Origin: a bacterium
GTDB taxonomy: Bacteria > Zhuqueibacterota > Zhuqueibacteria > Residuimicrobiales > Krinioviventaceae
Length of the DNA: 64,000 nucleotides
NCBI GenBank assembly: GCA_963675755.2
Contig: CAXXMD010000002.1
Span: 192,001-256,000, forward strand
Direction of reading: 5' to 3'
Below are positions 20,598-29,242 of the stretch, one piece after another. The first letter of the stretch is position 1, and each line of letters begins with the position of its first letter. A model generated the notes under the pieces. That model searched no databases. It was not told where the DNA came from and saw only the letters and a list, made by a program, of their open reading frames with translations. Position numbers and translations under genes: made by a program.

Positions 20598-21377
20598 ATG
20601 GCAAAAATCTATTACGTAGGGGACTGGGCAGTAATGACGGGGCCGGTTTTCGCTGAAACCCCATTTAACTATGCTTATAAGGGACTTGATATTTTTAATT
20701 ACGGCAAGTGGTTAAAAGAGGGCTTGGAAAAAGACGGCAAGCATGATGTCACGTCGGTACCCACCTGGGAGTTTTATAAACTGGCACCAGGTGAATATGA
20801 AAAAATTCTGGATGAATATGATGTTATCATTTTTAGTGATGTTGAAGCTAAAAATTTTCAACTTGCTCCTGCTTTTTTTGATCGCAAGAAATTTGGTACA
20901 CAGGTTTTGACTTTTCCGGATCGTATTCGTTTAACAATTGATGCGGTAAATAATGGAAAGGGTATTTTATTTTTAGGCGGATGGTTATCCTTCACAGGTG
21001 AAATGGGCAAAGGAGGATGGAACCGCACACGTTTAAAAGAAATGCTGCCAGTGCAATGTCTGGATTATGAAGACCTGGTTGAGAGTACTGAAGGATTTAC
21101 AGCAAAATTGTCAACATCAGGGTTGCTTTCTTTTGGAACTATTGATATAGATTCGTTTCCACCTATACTTGGATATAATAAAACTTTGCCTATTGATGAA
21201 GGTGACGTACTGTTGACTGTTAAAGAAACCGGTGATCCTTTGGTGGCGTTTCGGAAATTTGGTGAAGGCAGAGTACTTGCGTATATGTCTGATCCTGCCC
21301 CGCATTGGGGTTGCAATTTTATCTTTTGGGAGCATTATGCCAAATTCTGGTCTGTTTGCATTGAACAGGTTCTTTAG
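20598..21377 (+). CDS. Class I glutamine-amidotransferase-like protein (DUF1355/GATase1_like)
   Basis: YDVIIFSD, FLGGWLSF.G, LPV, LGYN and GEGRVLAYMSDPAPHWG motifs. Confidence 0.8.
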   Translation: MAKIYYVGDWAVMTGPVFAETPFNYAYKGLDIFNYGKWLKEGLEKDGKHDVTSVPTWEFYKLAPGEYEKILDEYDVIIFSDVEAKNFQLAPAFFDRKKFGTQVLTFPDRIRLTIDAVNNGKGILFLGGWLSFTGEMGKGGWNRTRLKEMLPVQCLDYEDLVESTEGFTAKLSTSGLLSFGTIDIDSFPPILGYNKTLPIDEGDVLLTVKETGDPLVAFRKFGEGRVLAYMSDPAPHWGCNFIFWEHYAKFWSVCIEQVL

Positions 21378-21426
21378 GTTTTAGCTGAATGTCTGGAATA
21401 TCAATAAAACAGGAATTGATTAAATA

Positions 21427-22668
21427 ATGAAATCCGTTTTGAAAAAGATTGGGATATTTTTTGCGTCTATTGCACCTGGTGTGTTTTTGCTGGGTTATAA
21501 TATTGGAACGGGGAGTGTGACTACAGCGGCATCTACAGGTGCGTTATACGGAATGATGTTTGTCTGGCCGTTTTTATTGTCTTGTATTTTTACCTATGTC
21601 CTGATACTGGCATTTGGTCGTTATACGGTAGTAACAGGCAAGACTGCACTGTTTAGTTTCCGTGAGTATTTCGGGACGCCAATTTCAGTATTTGTGCTGA
21701 TAGCGGTTGTGTTTAGTGAATGGGTTGCGTTTATGGGAGTAATGGGCGTAGTTACTGAAGTGGTTAAAGAATGGTCGCGTCCGCTAACTCCCTCGGGAAA
21801 TGGAATTAAAATGATTTGGTCTACTCTGCTATTTGGTGGATTAATATATTTTCTGTTTTGGAAAGGAAAGCACCGTTTCTTTGAGAAAATCTTGCTTGTT
21901 TTTGTAACGCTGATGGGAATCAGTTTTATTGCAACGATGTTTATGGTTATCCCGGATCCTATGCAGGTTATTAAGGGGCTTGTGCCCAGGATACCACATG
22001 AGTCCAATGCTGCATTGCTTATTGCGGGTATGGTGGGTACTACTATGGGGGGGGTGCTTTACTTGGTCCGTTCCATCCTGGTGCAGGAAAAAGGCTGGAA
22101 AATTAGTGATCTGAAAATAGAAAAACGCGATGCTTTTATTAGCGCTACACTCATGTTTGTTCTCAGTGCAGCTATAATGGCCTGTGCTGCAGGCACTCTT
22201 TATCCGCTCGGTTTAAAAGTGGATAATGCCATTGATATGGTCAAGCTGCTTGAACCATTGGCGGGACGTTTTGCCATATCGATATTTGTAGCTGGCATTG
22301 TCAGTGCGGGTTTATCTTCATTGTTTCCTCATATATTGCTTGCACCCTGGTTTCTTGCCGATTTTACCGGCCAGCCTCGTGATATGACCTTGACCAAAAA
22401 TCGTCTCATTGCTCTTTTTACTGTAAGCCTTGGATTTGTAGTACCTGTTTTTGGTGGACGGCCGGTTATGGTGATGATCATTTCTCAGGCTTTTGCTGCT
22501 ATTGTAACTCCCGTGATTATAATTTTAATGTTGATCCTGTTAAACCGTTCATCACTAATGGGAGAGTACAAGATAAAACCCATGTTAAATTTTGTTTTGA
22601 TTGTGATTTTTATTTTTACAGTTTTTATGGCGATCACTGGCATTGTCGGTATTCGTGGATTGTTTTGA
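21427..22668 (+). CDS. NRAMP-family (YcsG-like) membrane transporter
   Basis: APG...NIGTGS, GMVGTT and about 11 TM helices; lacks the canonical DPGN motif. Confidence 0.8.
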   Translation: MKSVLKKIGIFFASIAPGVFLLGYNIGTGSVTTAASTGALYGMMFVWPFLLSCIFTYVLILAFGRYTVVTGKTALFSFREYFGTPISVFVLIAVVFSEWVAFMGVMGVVTEVVKEWSRPLTPSGNGIKMIWSTLLFGGLIYFLFWKGKHRFFEKILLVFVTLMGISFIATMFMVIPDPMQVIKGLVPRIPHESNAALLIAGMVGTTMGGVLYLVRSILVQEKGWKISDLKIEKRDAFISATLMFVLSAAIMACAAGTLYPLGLKVDNAIDMVKLLEPLAGRFAISIFVAGIVSAGLSSLFPHILLAPWFLADFTGQPRDMTLTKNRLIALFTVSLGFVVPVFGGRPVMVMIISQAFAAIVTPVIIILMLILLNRSSLMGEYKIKPMLNFVLIVIFIFTVFMAITGIVGIRGLF

Positions 22669-22687
22669 AAAAAGGAGAATTGAAATT

Positions 22688-23593
22688 ATGTTTTCATCAT
22701 CTATTGTTTGTTGTTATTTGCACCCAATAACTAAATATGGCTATCCTCCCAAAGCTGAAAATACAGTAAACTATTTAGAGGAAATGCATGAAATGGGTTT
22801 CCGTTCTGTAGAACTGGAAGGTATTCGCGAAAAACATTTAATGGGTGTTTATGAGGACCGTGAAAATATATTGAAAAAAATTGACGAGCTGAATTTGAAT
22901 ATCCCTTATTTCTGTATTGTACTGCCGGGTTTGTCATCTCCGGATGAAAAGGAACGTATACGTAATCTTGAGTTGTTTGAAAAGGGATGCGAGATAGCTC
23001 AATTTTTTGGAACAAAGGGAGTACTGGATAATGCGCCATTACCTCCATATCAGTTTCCAACAGATATTCCGGTTGTAAGGCATTATGGAAAAGAGGCATT
23101 GTCGCAGGCATTTTTACCGGAAAATTTAAATTGGGACCATTACTGGAACGATATGGTCCTGACGTATAGAGAAGCTTGTGATATTGCAGCAAAATATGAA
23201 CAGACTTTTCAAATGCATCCATGTTTGGGGGTTTTTGCTTCAAATACAGACGGATTTTTGAATTTGCATGCAGCAGTTCAGCGAGACAATTTACGATTTA
23301 ATCTGGATACTGCAAATCAGTTCATGCAGCATGATAATTTGGTTTTATCTGTGTATCGGACGAGAGAGTATCTTGACTATATACATATTTCGGATAACCG
23401 TGGGACAAATGTTGAGCATCTTGTTCCCGGCAATGGTAACATCCCCTGGGATACTTTTTTTGAAGCCCTGGACCAATGCAGCTTCAAGGGGCACCTGGGT
23501 ATCGATGTAGGTGGTGATGAATCAGATGTTGATGATATAGATAAAGCATTTATTCAAACAGCAAAATGGTTGGAGAAAAAATGGAAAAAGTAA
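22688..23593 (+). CDS. Sugar phosphate isomerase/epimerase (AP-endonuclease-2 TIM barrel)
   Basis: GFRSVEL, NLDTAN, IHISDN and HLVPG.G.IPW motifs; AAGGAG RBS before ATG 22688. Confidence 0.85.
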   Translation: MFSSSIVCCYLHPITKYGYPPKAENTVNYLEEMHEMGFRSVELEGIREKHLMGVYEDRENILKKIDELNLNIPYFCIVLPGLSSPDEKERIRNLELFEKGCEIAQFFGTKGVLDNAPLPPYQFPTDIPVVRHYGKEALSQAFLPENLNWDHYWNDMVLTYREACDIAAKYEQTFQMHPCLGVFASNTDGFLNLHAAVQRDNLRFNLDTANQFMQHDNLVLSVYRTREYLDYIHISDNRGTNVEHLVPGNGNIPWDTFFEALDQCSFKGHLGIDVGGDESDVDDIDKAFIQTAKWLEKKWKK

Positions 23594-25233
23594 AATCACT
23601 AAAAGATTGTGCTTTTACAGGAGTGTTGGTCCTGGTTTTAATTACTCTGTTTATCCCAAGTTTAAAAGTTGTAAACGCTTCCCCATTATCTCAAGGTCTT
23701 ATTTATAATGTTCGGGATTATGGCGCGAAGGGTGATTCTGTCACTCTCGATACAAAATCTATTCAAGCAGCTATTGATGATTGTTCAAAACAGGGAGGTG
23801 GTACCGTATTGCTTCCTGCGGGGACATATTTGAGTGGTACATTACATTTAAAAAGCTATATTACACTCCATATTCAGAGCGGGGCTGTATTGCTTGGAAG
23901 TACCCGGATTGATGATTATACTCTCAATTCTCCCGAGTTGGTATCCTACAATGACAGCTTTTTGAAACAGAGCCTCATATACGGGGAAAATCTCGATCAT
24001 ATCAGTATTGAAGGAGATGGGATTATTGACGGACAGGGAGGTGCATTCAAGGTAACCACCAAAGTAAAACCTGATCGTTACAAAAACAGACCTTTTATAC
24101 TTCGTCTGATTCATTGCCGTAACGTTAGGGTAGAAAACATAACTCTGCAAAATTCCGCCATGTGGATGCAGCACTATCTTGCCTGTGAAAATCTGATTAT
24201 TCGAGGTATTAAAGTTTATAATCATTGTAATCAAAATAATGACATGATGGATATTGACGGTTGTAAAAATGTTGTGATTTCTGATTGTATCGGTGATACC
24301 GATGATGATGGATTAACTTTAAAAAGTACTTCCGGGCAGATTACAGAAAATGTCACAATAACCAATTGTATTCTCAGTAGTCATTGCAATGCGCTAAAAT
24401 GTGGTACGGAATCGCATGGCGGATTTAAAAATATTGTTATATCCAATATACTTGTTAAACCCTCTAAAGACGATACAGCCATTTTTGGTGATCCGAAAGG
24501 TATTGGGGGGATTGTTTTGGCTATTGTAGATGGCGGTCTGCTTGATAATGTGAATATCAGTAATGTTCGCATTGAAGGTACGCGGGTACCGCTTTTTCTG
24601 CGTCTGGGCAACCGCGCACGAACTGTTGTGCCGGGTGATATACCGCCAGGTGTAGGAACCTATGAGAATGTAAAAATATCTCATGTTACTGCTACCGGAG
24701 CGGACAGTATCGGGTGTTCTATCACCGGTCTGCCGGGACATCCGGTCAGGAATGTTGAATTGAGCGATATTACCATCTCTTTTCGCGGTGGTGTGGTTGA
24801 CCCGCAACGGCTTGCGAATGTACCGGAAAATGAAACATTTTATCCTGAAAGCACAATGTTTGGTACTTTGCCCGCGTATGGATTTTATCTTCGTCATGCT
24901 GTGAATATTAGTCTAAGTGATATTGATCTGTCTTGTAAACAACCGGATGAACGACCGGCTTTACTGGCTGATGATGTAAAAGAACTGGATATTGACAATT
25001 TAAAAGCAATGGGTAGTGAAAACGCGGAACCTTTGATCTCGCTAATCAATACATCAAATGTTTATTTAACCGATTCACGAGCTAGCAATAGTGCGAATGG
25101 TTTTGTAAGCATTAGCGGAGAATATACCGGTCCTGTTTTTATGTATAATAACAAAATGAGTAACACACGAATACCTATAATGATAAATGATAATGTTCCG
25201 GGAGATGTCATAAAATGTCTAGATTCATATTAA
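23581..25233 (+). CDS. Glycoside hydrolase family 28-like protein
   Basis: YNVRDYGAKGD, GGGTVLLPAG, NNDMMD, DDDGL, CNALKCGTES and YPE..MFG.LPAYG motifs; signal peptide. Confidence 0.85.
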   Translation: MEKVKSLKDCAFTGVLVLVLITLFIPSLKVVNASPLSQGLIYNVRDYGAKGDSVTLDTKSIQAAIDDCSKQGGGTVLLPAGTYLSGTLHLKSYITLHIQSGAVLLGSTRIDDYTLNSPELVSYNDSFLKQSLIYGENLDHISIEGDGIIDGQGGAFKVTTKVKPDRYKNRPFILRLIHCRNVRVENITLQNSAMWMQHYLACENLIIRGIKVYNHCNQNNDMMDIDGCKNVVISDCIGDTDDDGLTLKSTSGQITENVTITNCILSSHCNALKCGTESHGGFKNIVISNILVKPSKDDTAIFGDPKGIGGIVLAIVDGGLLDNVNISNVRIEGTRVPLFLRLGNRARTVVPGDIPPGVGTYENVKISHVTATGADSIGCSITGLPGHPVRNVELSDITISFRGGVVDPQRLANVPENETFYPESTMFGTLPAYGFYLRHAVNISLSDIDLSCKQPDERPALLADDVKELDIDNLKAMGSENAEPLISLINTSNVYLTDSRASNSANGFVSISGEYTGPVFMYNNKMSNTRIPIMINDNVPGDVIKCLDSY

Positions 25234-27776
25234 TATCACTATTAACTCTATTCAGTGTTCAGGCAGGATTTTCAGCAAAAACGCAATTGAATATAGTCCC
25301 TTATCCGCAAGTGATTGATTTTCAATCCGGCACGCTTGAATTGAATAATGGACCTGTTGATATTAATTTAGGAACGAAAAAAGGTGTTGATCTGGAATTT
25401 GAAGTTCAACAAGCCAAGCAAGCGTTTGCATCAACTAATCCTGCAGGTAACAAAGAAACTGTACTCTGGATGGGATTGTTTGGAGAACACAAGCAATTTG
25501 ATGAGCTTTGCAAAAAACATGGTATCACTCGGGATGAGCGTATCGGCAACGAAGGCTATGTTCTGCTAATCAACAAAGATTTGATTGCCATTGCGGCAAA
25601 TTCATCAGCAGGAATCTTTTATGGGATCCAGACTCTCAAGCAGATAATAATGGATAAGGAAAATGAAAACGAATTGCCTTGTGTCAAAATCACTGACTGG
25701 CCGCAGTATCGCTATCGTGGAATGATGGATGATATAAGCCGTGGCCCTGTGCCAACGCTGGCATTTATGAAAAATCAGATCCGGCGTTGTGCAGAGATGA
25801 AAATTAACATGCTCATGTATTATATCGAGCATATTGTAGAGACTGAAAGCCATGGTGATTTTGCTCCGGATGAAGCATCTATTACTATACCGCAGTGGAA
25901 AATGCTGTCAGACTATGCAAAGCAGTATCACATTGACCTGGTAGGCAGCTTTCAGTCCCTTAGCCATGGTGAAAATATCCTCAAACATCCCAATTATAAG
26001 CATCTGGCTGTTACTTATCGTATGTTCAATCCCTTACTTCCCGAGACCTATGATTTTTTTAGAGATGTTTATTCTGAGATGATTCCGGCATTCAACTCTG
26101 ATTTTTTTGCCATCAACTGTGATGAATCATGGGATATTGGTGTGGGAGTAACAAAAGAAACCGTGGACCGGATTGGTCTTGAGCAGTTTTTTGTTGATCA
26201 TGTAACCAAACTGGATAATATAGTAAAACCTTTTAATAAGCGCTCAATTGTATGGGCCGATATTCCGCTTGAACATCCCCAGATTTTGGATATGCTTCCC
26301 AAGGACATAATTCTCGGCGCCTGGGAGTATTCGCCCCTGGAATCTTATGAACGTTATTTAAAACCCCTGTACGATAAAGGATTTGATATTATAATAACTC
26401 CCGGAGTTTTAAATTCTACTCGCTTAATGCCAGATCTGATCATGGCCCACGATAATATTAAATCTTTTATTGAGGCGGGTGTAGATTATAATGCCATGGC
26501 CACTCTGGTAACCGTATGGGATGATGGCGGTATGGCCTTGTTTTCAAGAGATTGGTACGGAGTTGCATATTCTGCCGAAAAGTCATGGAATGTATACGGT
26601 GAAAACCGGGCCCCATTTGATGTTCGCTTTAATAAAACCATTTACGGTATGTCAAACACAGCTCTGACAGATGCGATCAGGGTGATAGAAAAACTTGCAT
26701 ATTTGCCACCCACACAGGAACTGAACGAGAATGTTTTGTGGCAAAAGATTGTTCCTGATTCGGGACGTACATTGTTTTTACGTACTGATTATTGGGACGA
26801 AATTTCGTACATCTGCGATCAAACTGATCAAGCTCTCGAGTTGGCTGATGCCGAACGCTTTGCAGTTGATCTTGATTATTTTGATTTCTCTGTTGCACAG
26901 TATCGTTACCTGGCACAAGCGAGGAAAAGAATGCTGCAAGCGGCACGTGAATATGATAAAGCGTATCTGATTCAGGATAAAGATGTCTTTAAAGCCCGAG
27001 AACACTTGCTGATTGCCAAAGATTGTATTCATAACAATATAGCTCAATTGTCAGAAATAAAAGCAGAATACGAACGACTGTGGCTTATTGAAAACAAAGT
27101 TTGGTGGCTGGATAATGTTTTGACCAGGTATCAGTCAGTATTGGACGCTTATCAGGATGTGCAGCGGCATCTTGTAAACGCGCTTGCAAAACTGGATGTT
27201 AACCAAAGCTTGCCTGTACCCGCAGATTGTCGGCTTGATATCGTTGAATCAAATGGTGATTATTTTCAAGAGTGGATGATAACCGGTCCTTTTGAAAATA
27301 ATGCCGGAGCAAATGGAACGGATGTCGATTTTCTTATTGAAACCGGTGGAATTGAAAATACGGAACCCATTGCGGGTCAAACTTTTCCAGCTCCTGATGG
27401 ACAACCGTACCGGTGGAGTAAATATCATTCACCCGAGTTTGGGGTGATTGATATTACACAAAAAATTGGTTATGCCGAAAACGCTGTTGCATATGCAAAT
27501 TGTCGCATTTATGCTGACAAAGACCAAACAGTGACAGCATCTTTTGCATCTGATGATGGAGTGGATGTTTATTTGAATGGTAAACAGGTCTATTCTAAAC
27601 GAGGTGAAAGAAAATTTTCACCAGATCAGGATAATGTAAAATTACATTTGAATAAAGGCACCAACTATGTAATTCTGAAATTATTTCAGGGTACTGATGA
27701 TTGGAGATTTTCCTTTCAACTTTTAAGCGAAAATGTTAAACATCATAAATACAAATATACATTGCTCAATAATTAG
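25215..27776 (+). CDS. GH20 beta-N-acetylhexosaminidase-like protein with C-terminal PA14-like domain
   Basis: IVPYPQ, EGYVL, DWP...RGMMDDISRG, catalytic-type CDE pair; C-terminal SDDGVDVYLNG. Confidence 0.85.
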   Translation: MSRFILISLLTLFSVQAGFSAKTQLNIVPYPQVIDFQSGTLELNNGPVDINLGTKKGVDLEFEVQQAKQAFASTNPAGNKETVLWMGLFGEHKQFDELCKKHGITRDERIGNEGYVLLINKDLIAIAANSSAGIFYGIQTLKQIIMDKENENELPCVKITDWPQYRYRGMMDDISRGPVPTLAFMKNQIRRCAEMKINMLMYYIEHIVETESHGDFAPDEASITIPQWKMLSDYAKQYHIDLVGSFQSLSHGENILKHPNYKHLAVTYRMFNPLLPETYDFFRDVYSEMIPAFNSDFFAINCDESWDIGVGVTKETVDRIGLEQFFVDHVTKLDNIVKPFNKRSIVWADIPLEHPQILDMLPKDIILGAWEYSPLESYERYLKPLYDKGFDIIITPGVLNSTRLMPDLIMAHDNIKSFIEAGVDYNAMATLVTVWDDGGMALFSRDWYGVAYSAEKSWNVYGENRAPFDVRFNKTIYGMSNTALTDAIRVIEKLAYLPPTQELNENVLWQKIVPDSGRTLFLRTDYWDEISYICDQTDQALELADAERFAVDLDYFDFSVAQYRYLAQARKRMLQAAREYDKAYLIQDKDVFKAREHLLIAKDCIHNNIAQLSEIKAEYERLWLIENKVWWLDNVLTRYQSVLDAYQDVQRHLVNALAKLDVNQSLPVPADCRLDIVESNGDYFQEWMITGPFENNAGANGTDVDFLIETGGIENTEPIAGQTFPAPDGQPYRWSKYHSPEFGVIDITQKIGYAENAVAYANCRIYADKDQTVTASFASDDGVDVYLNGKQVYSKRGERKFSPDQDNVKLHLNKGTNYVILKLFQGTDDWRFSFQLLSENVKHHKYKYTLLNN

Positions 27777-27786
27777 GAGAGAGATT

Positions 27787-29031
27787 ATGAAGACTGTAAA
27801 CCGTGTCACAGCATTGCTATTATTTGTTTTTGTTATAACTGCTTTAGGCCAAAAGGGTGATGAAGAGAAAAAACAGGCAATTATTTCTGCAATTCATGAT
27901 GGTGCAAACTATGCTTGTGATGTATTGCTTGATGAGTCCGGGAAATCACGTTGTGACTATAATTTGTTGCAAGGTAAATGGTTTGTTTACGAGGCACCCT
28001 GGCATACCGGTCAAATTATTTACGGATTGTTGCGTGCACATGATGTGACCAATACCCAAAAATATCTCGATAATGCAAAACGTGCAGGTGACTGGTGGGT
28101 AGGACTCGAGATCAAAGACCACCCTGTATTAAAAGGGATGGTTAACTCTATTCATGGTGATTACATTGAAGACCAGATTGTTTTTGCTACTACATCGGAT
28201 GGAACCGCAGGTTTATTCTATCTTTATAATAAAACAGGTGATGTTAAATATGCGCGTATTCCCACTCAGGCTGGTGCATGGATGCTGGAACACATGTATG
28301 TTCCTTCTCATGGTGTTTTTTATGATGTAGTAGATGCTAAAACCGGCCAGGTTTTAAAAGAAAATAGCCCGTTTTGGGAAGGCAAAGAAGACCAGAAACT
28401 TTATGACGTCTCTCGCCCAAACAATGAAGGGTCTTTGTTCAAGGACATGTATGAATATTCTCATGATGAAAAATATAAAAAAGTTTTTATTGAATTGTGT
28501 GAGAGTCTGGTTAAAAAGCAGGGACCGGAAGGATTATGGATGGATTTTATGCCTAATGATAAGGAATCCGGTTCTTTCCATCCTCGTTTTAATCTCTGGT
28601 ATGCGGAATCTCTGCTTGAAGGTTATGAGTTGACAGGTGATAAACGATATCTGGAAGCCGCTTTAAAAACAGGCAGGCTGTACTCAAAATTTCAACAAGA
28701 TGATGGTACTATTTATTATAAAAACTATCTTGATGGTAAAACAAACCGCAATTCCATTTCCGGTTCTACGGTTGCGTTTGCCGGAATGGTATGGCTGCGA
28801 TTATTAGAGTATGGAGTTGGTGAAGAGTTTAAAGAAAATATAGAGAAATCTTTGGAATGGACACTGATTAATCGTTTTTCAAATGATCATCCGGATAAAA
28901 ATCTGGCAGGTGGTTTTTTCGAAATACGTACACGTCGCAAAGATGGATTGTGGATTACTTTGCGTGACATTGCAACAAGCTTTTCGCTTCGCTTTTTAGC
29001 AGATTATCATGATTACTATTATGCAAAATAG
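27787..29031 (+). CDS. Secreted (alpha/alpha)6-barrel glycosidase/epimerase-like protein (GH88/GH105/AGE-like fold)
   Basis: Repeated helical motifs (KYLDNAKRAGDWW, LYNKTGDVKY, GYELTGDKRYLEAA); AGGAG RBS; signal peptide. Confidence 0.65.
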   Translation: MKTVNRVTALLLFVFVITALGQKGDEEKKQAIISAIHDGANYACDVLLDESGKSRCDYNLLQGKWFVYEAPWHTGQIIYGLLRAHDVTNTQKYLDNAKRAGDWWVGLEIKDHPVLKGMVNSIHGDYIEDQIVFATTSDGTAGLFYLYNKTGDVKYARIPTQAGAWMLEHMYVPSHGVFYDVVDAKTGQVLKENSPFWEGKEDQKLYDVSRPNNEGSLFKDMYEYSHDEKYKKVFIELCESLVKKQGPEGLWMDFMPNDKESGSFHPRFNLWYAESLLEGYELTGDKRYLEAALKTGRLYSKFQQDDGTIYYKNYLDGKTNRNSISGSTVAFAGMVWLRLLEYGVGEEFKENIEKSLEWTLINRFSNDHPDKNLAGGFFEIRTRRKDGLWITLRDIATSFSLRFLADYHDYYYAK

Positions 29032-29079
29032 ATAATGATAAAGTATTATCTGGAATTAATGATTAACAAAGTCATGTCG

Positions 29080-29112
29080 AAAATCCTCTGATTTCCATCA
29101 GGGGATTTTTTC
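29080..29112 (+). terminator. Rho-independent terminator
   Basis: AAAATCCTCTGAT-ttcc-ATCAGGGGATTTT stem running into a T-tract. Confidence 0.75.
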
Positions 29113-29242
29113 ATTCTTTAAGACCTGTCTTGATTTTATTCATATTTCTGATTATCCAACTTGAATACAGAGTGGATTATCATTATATTCCAATAATCAA
29201 GTATAATTTGTAGTATTGTTGTAGTGAATTGAGGACAGAATT

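Noticed and set aside
21427-22668. Calling this gene mntH
   Set aside because: The DPGN and MPH metal-binding motifs are absent.
17385-29055. TATTATCTGGAA present in two intergenic regions (17385 and 29044)
   Set aside because: A 12-nt AT-rich match in only two copies, the second lying before a terminator; chance cannot be excluded.
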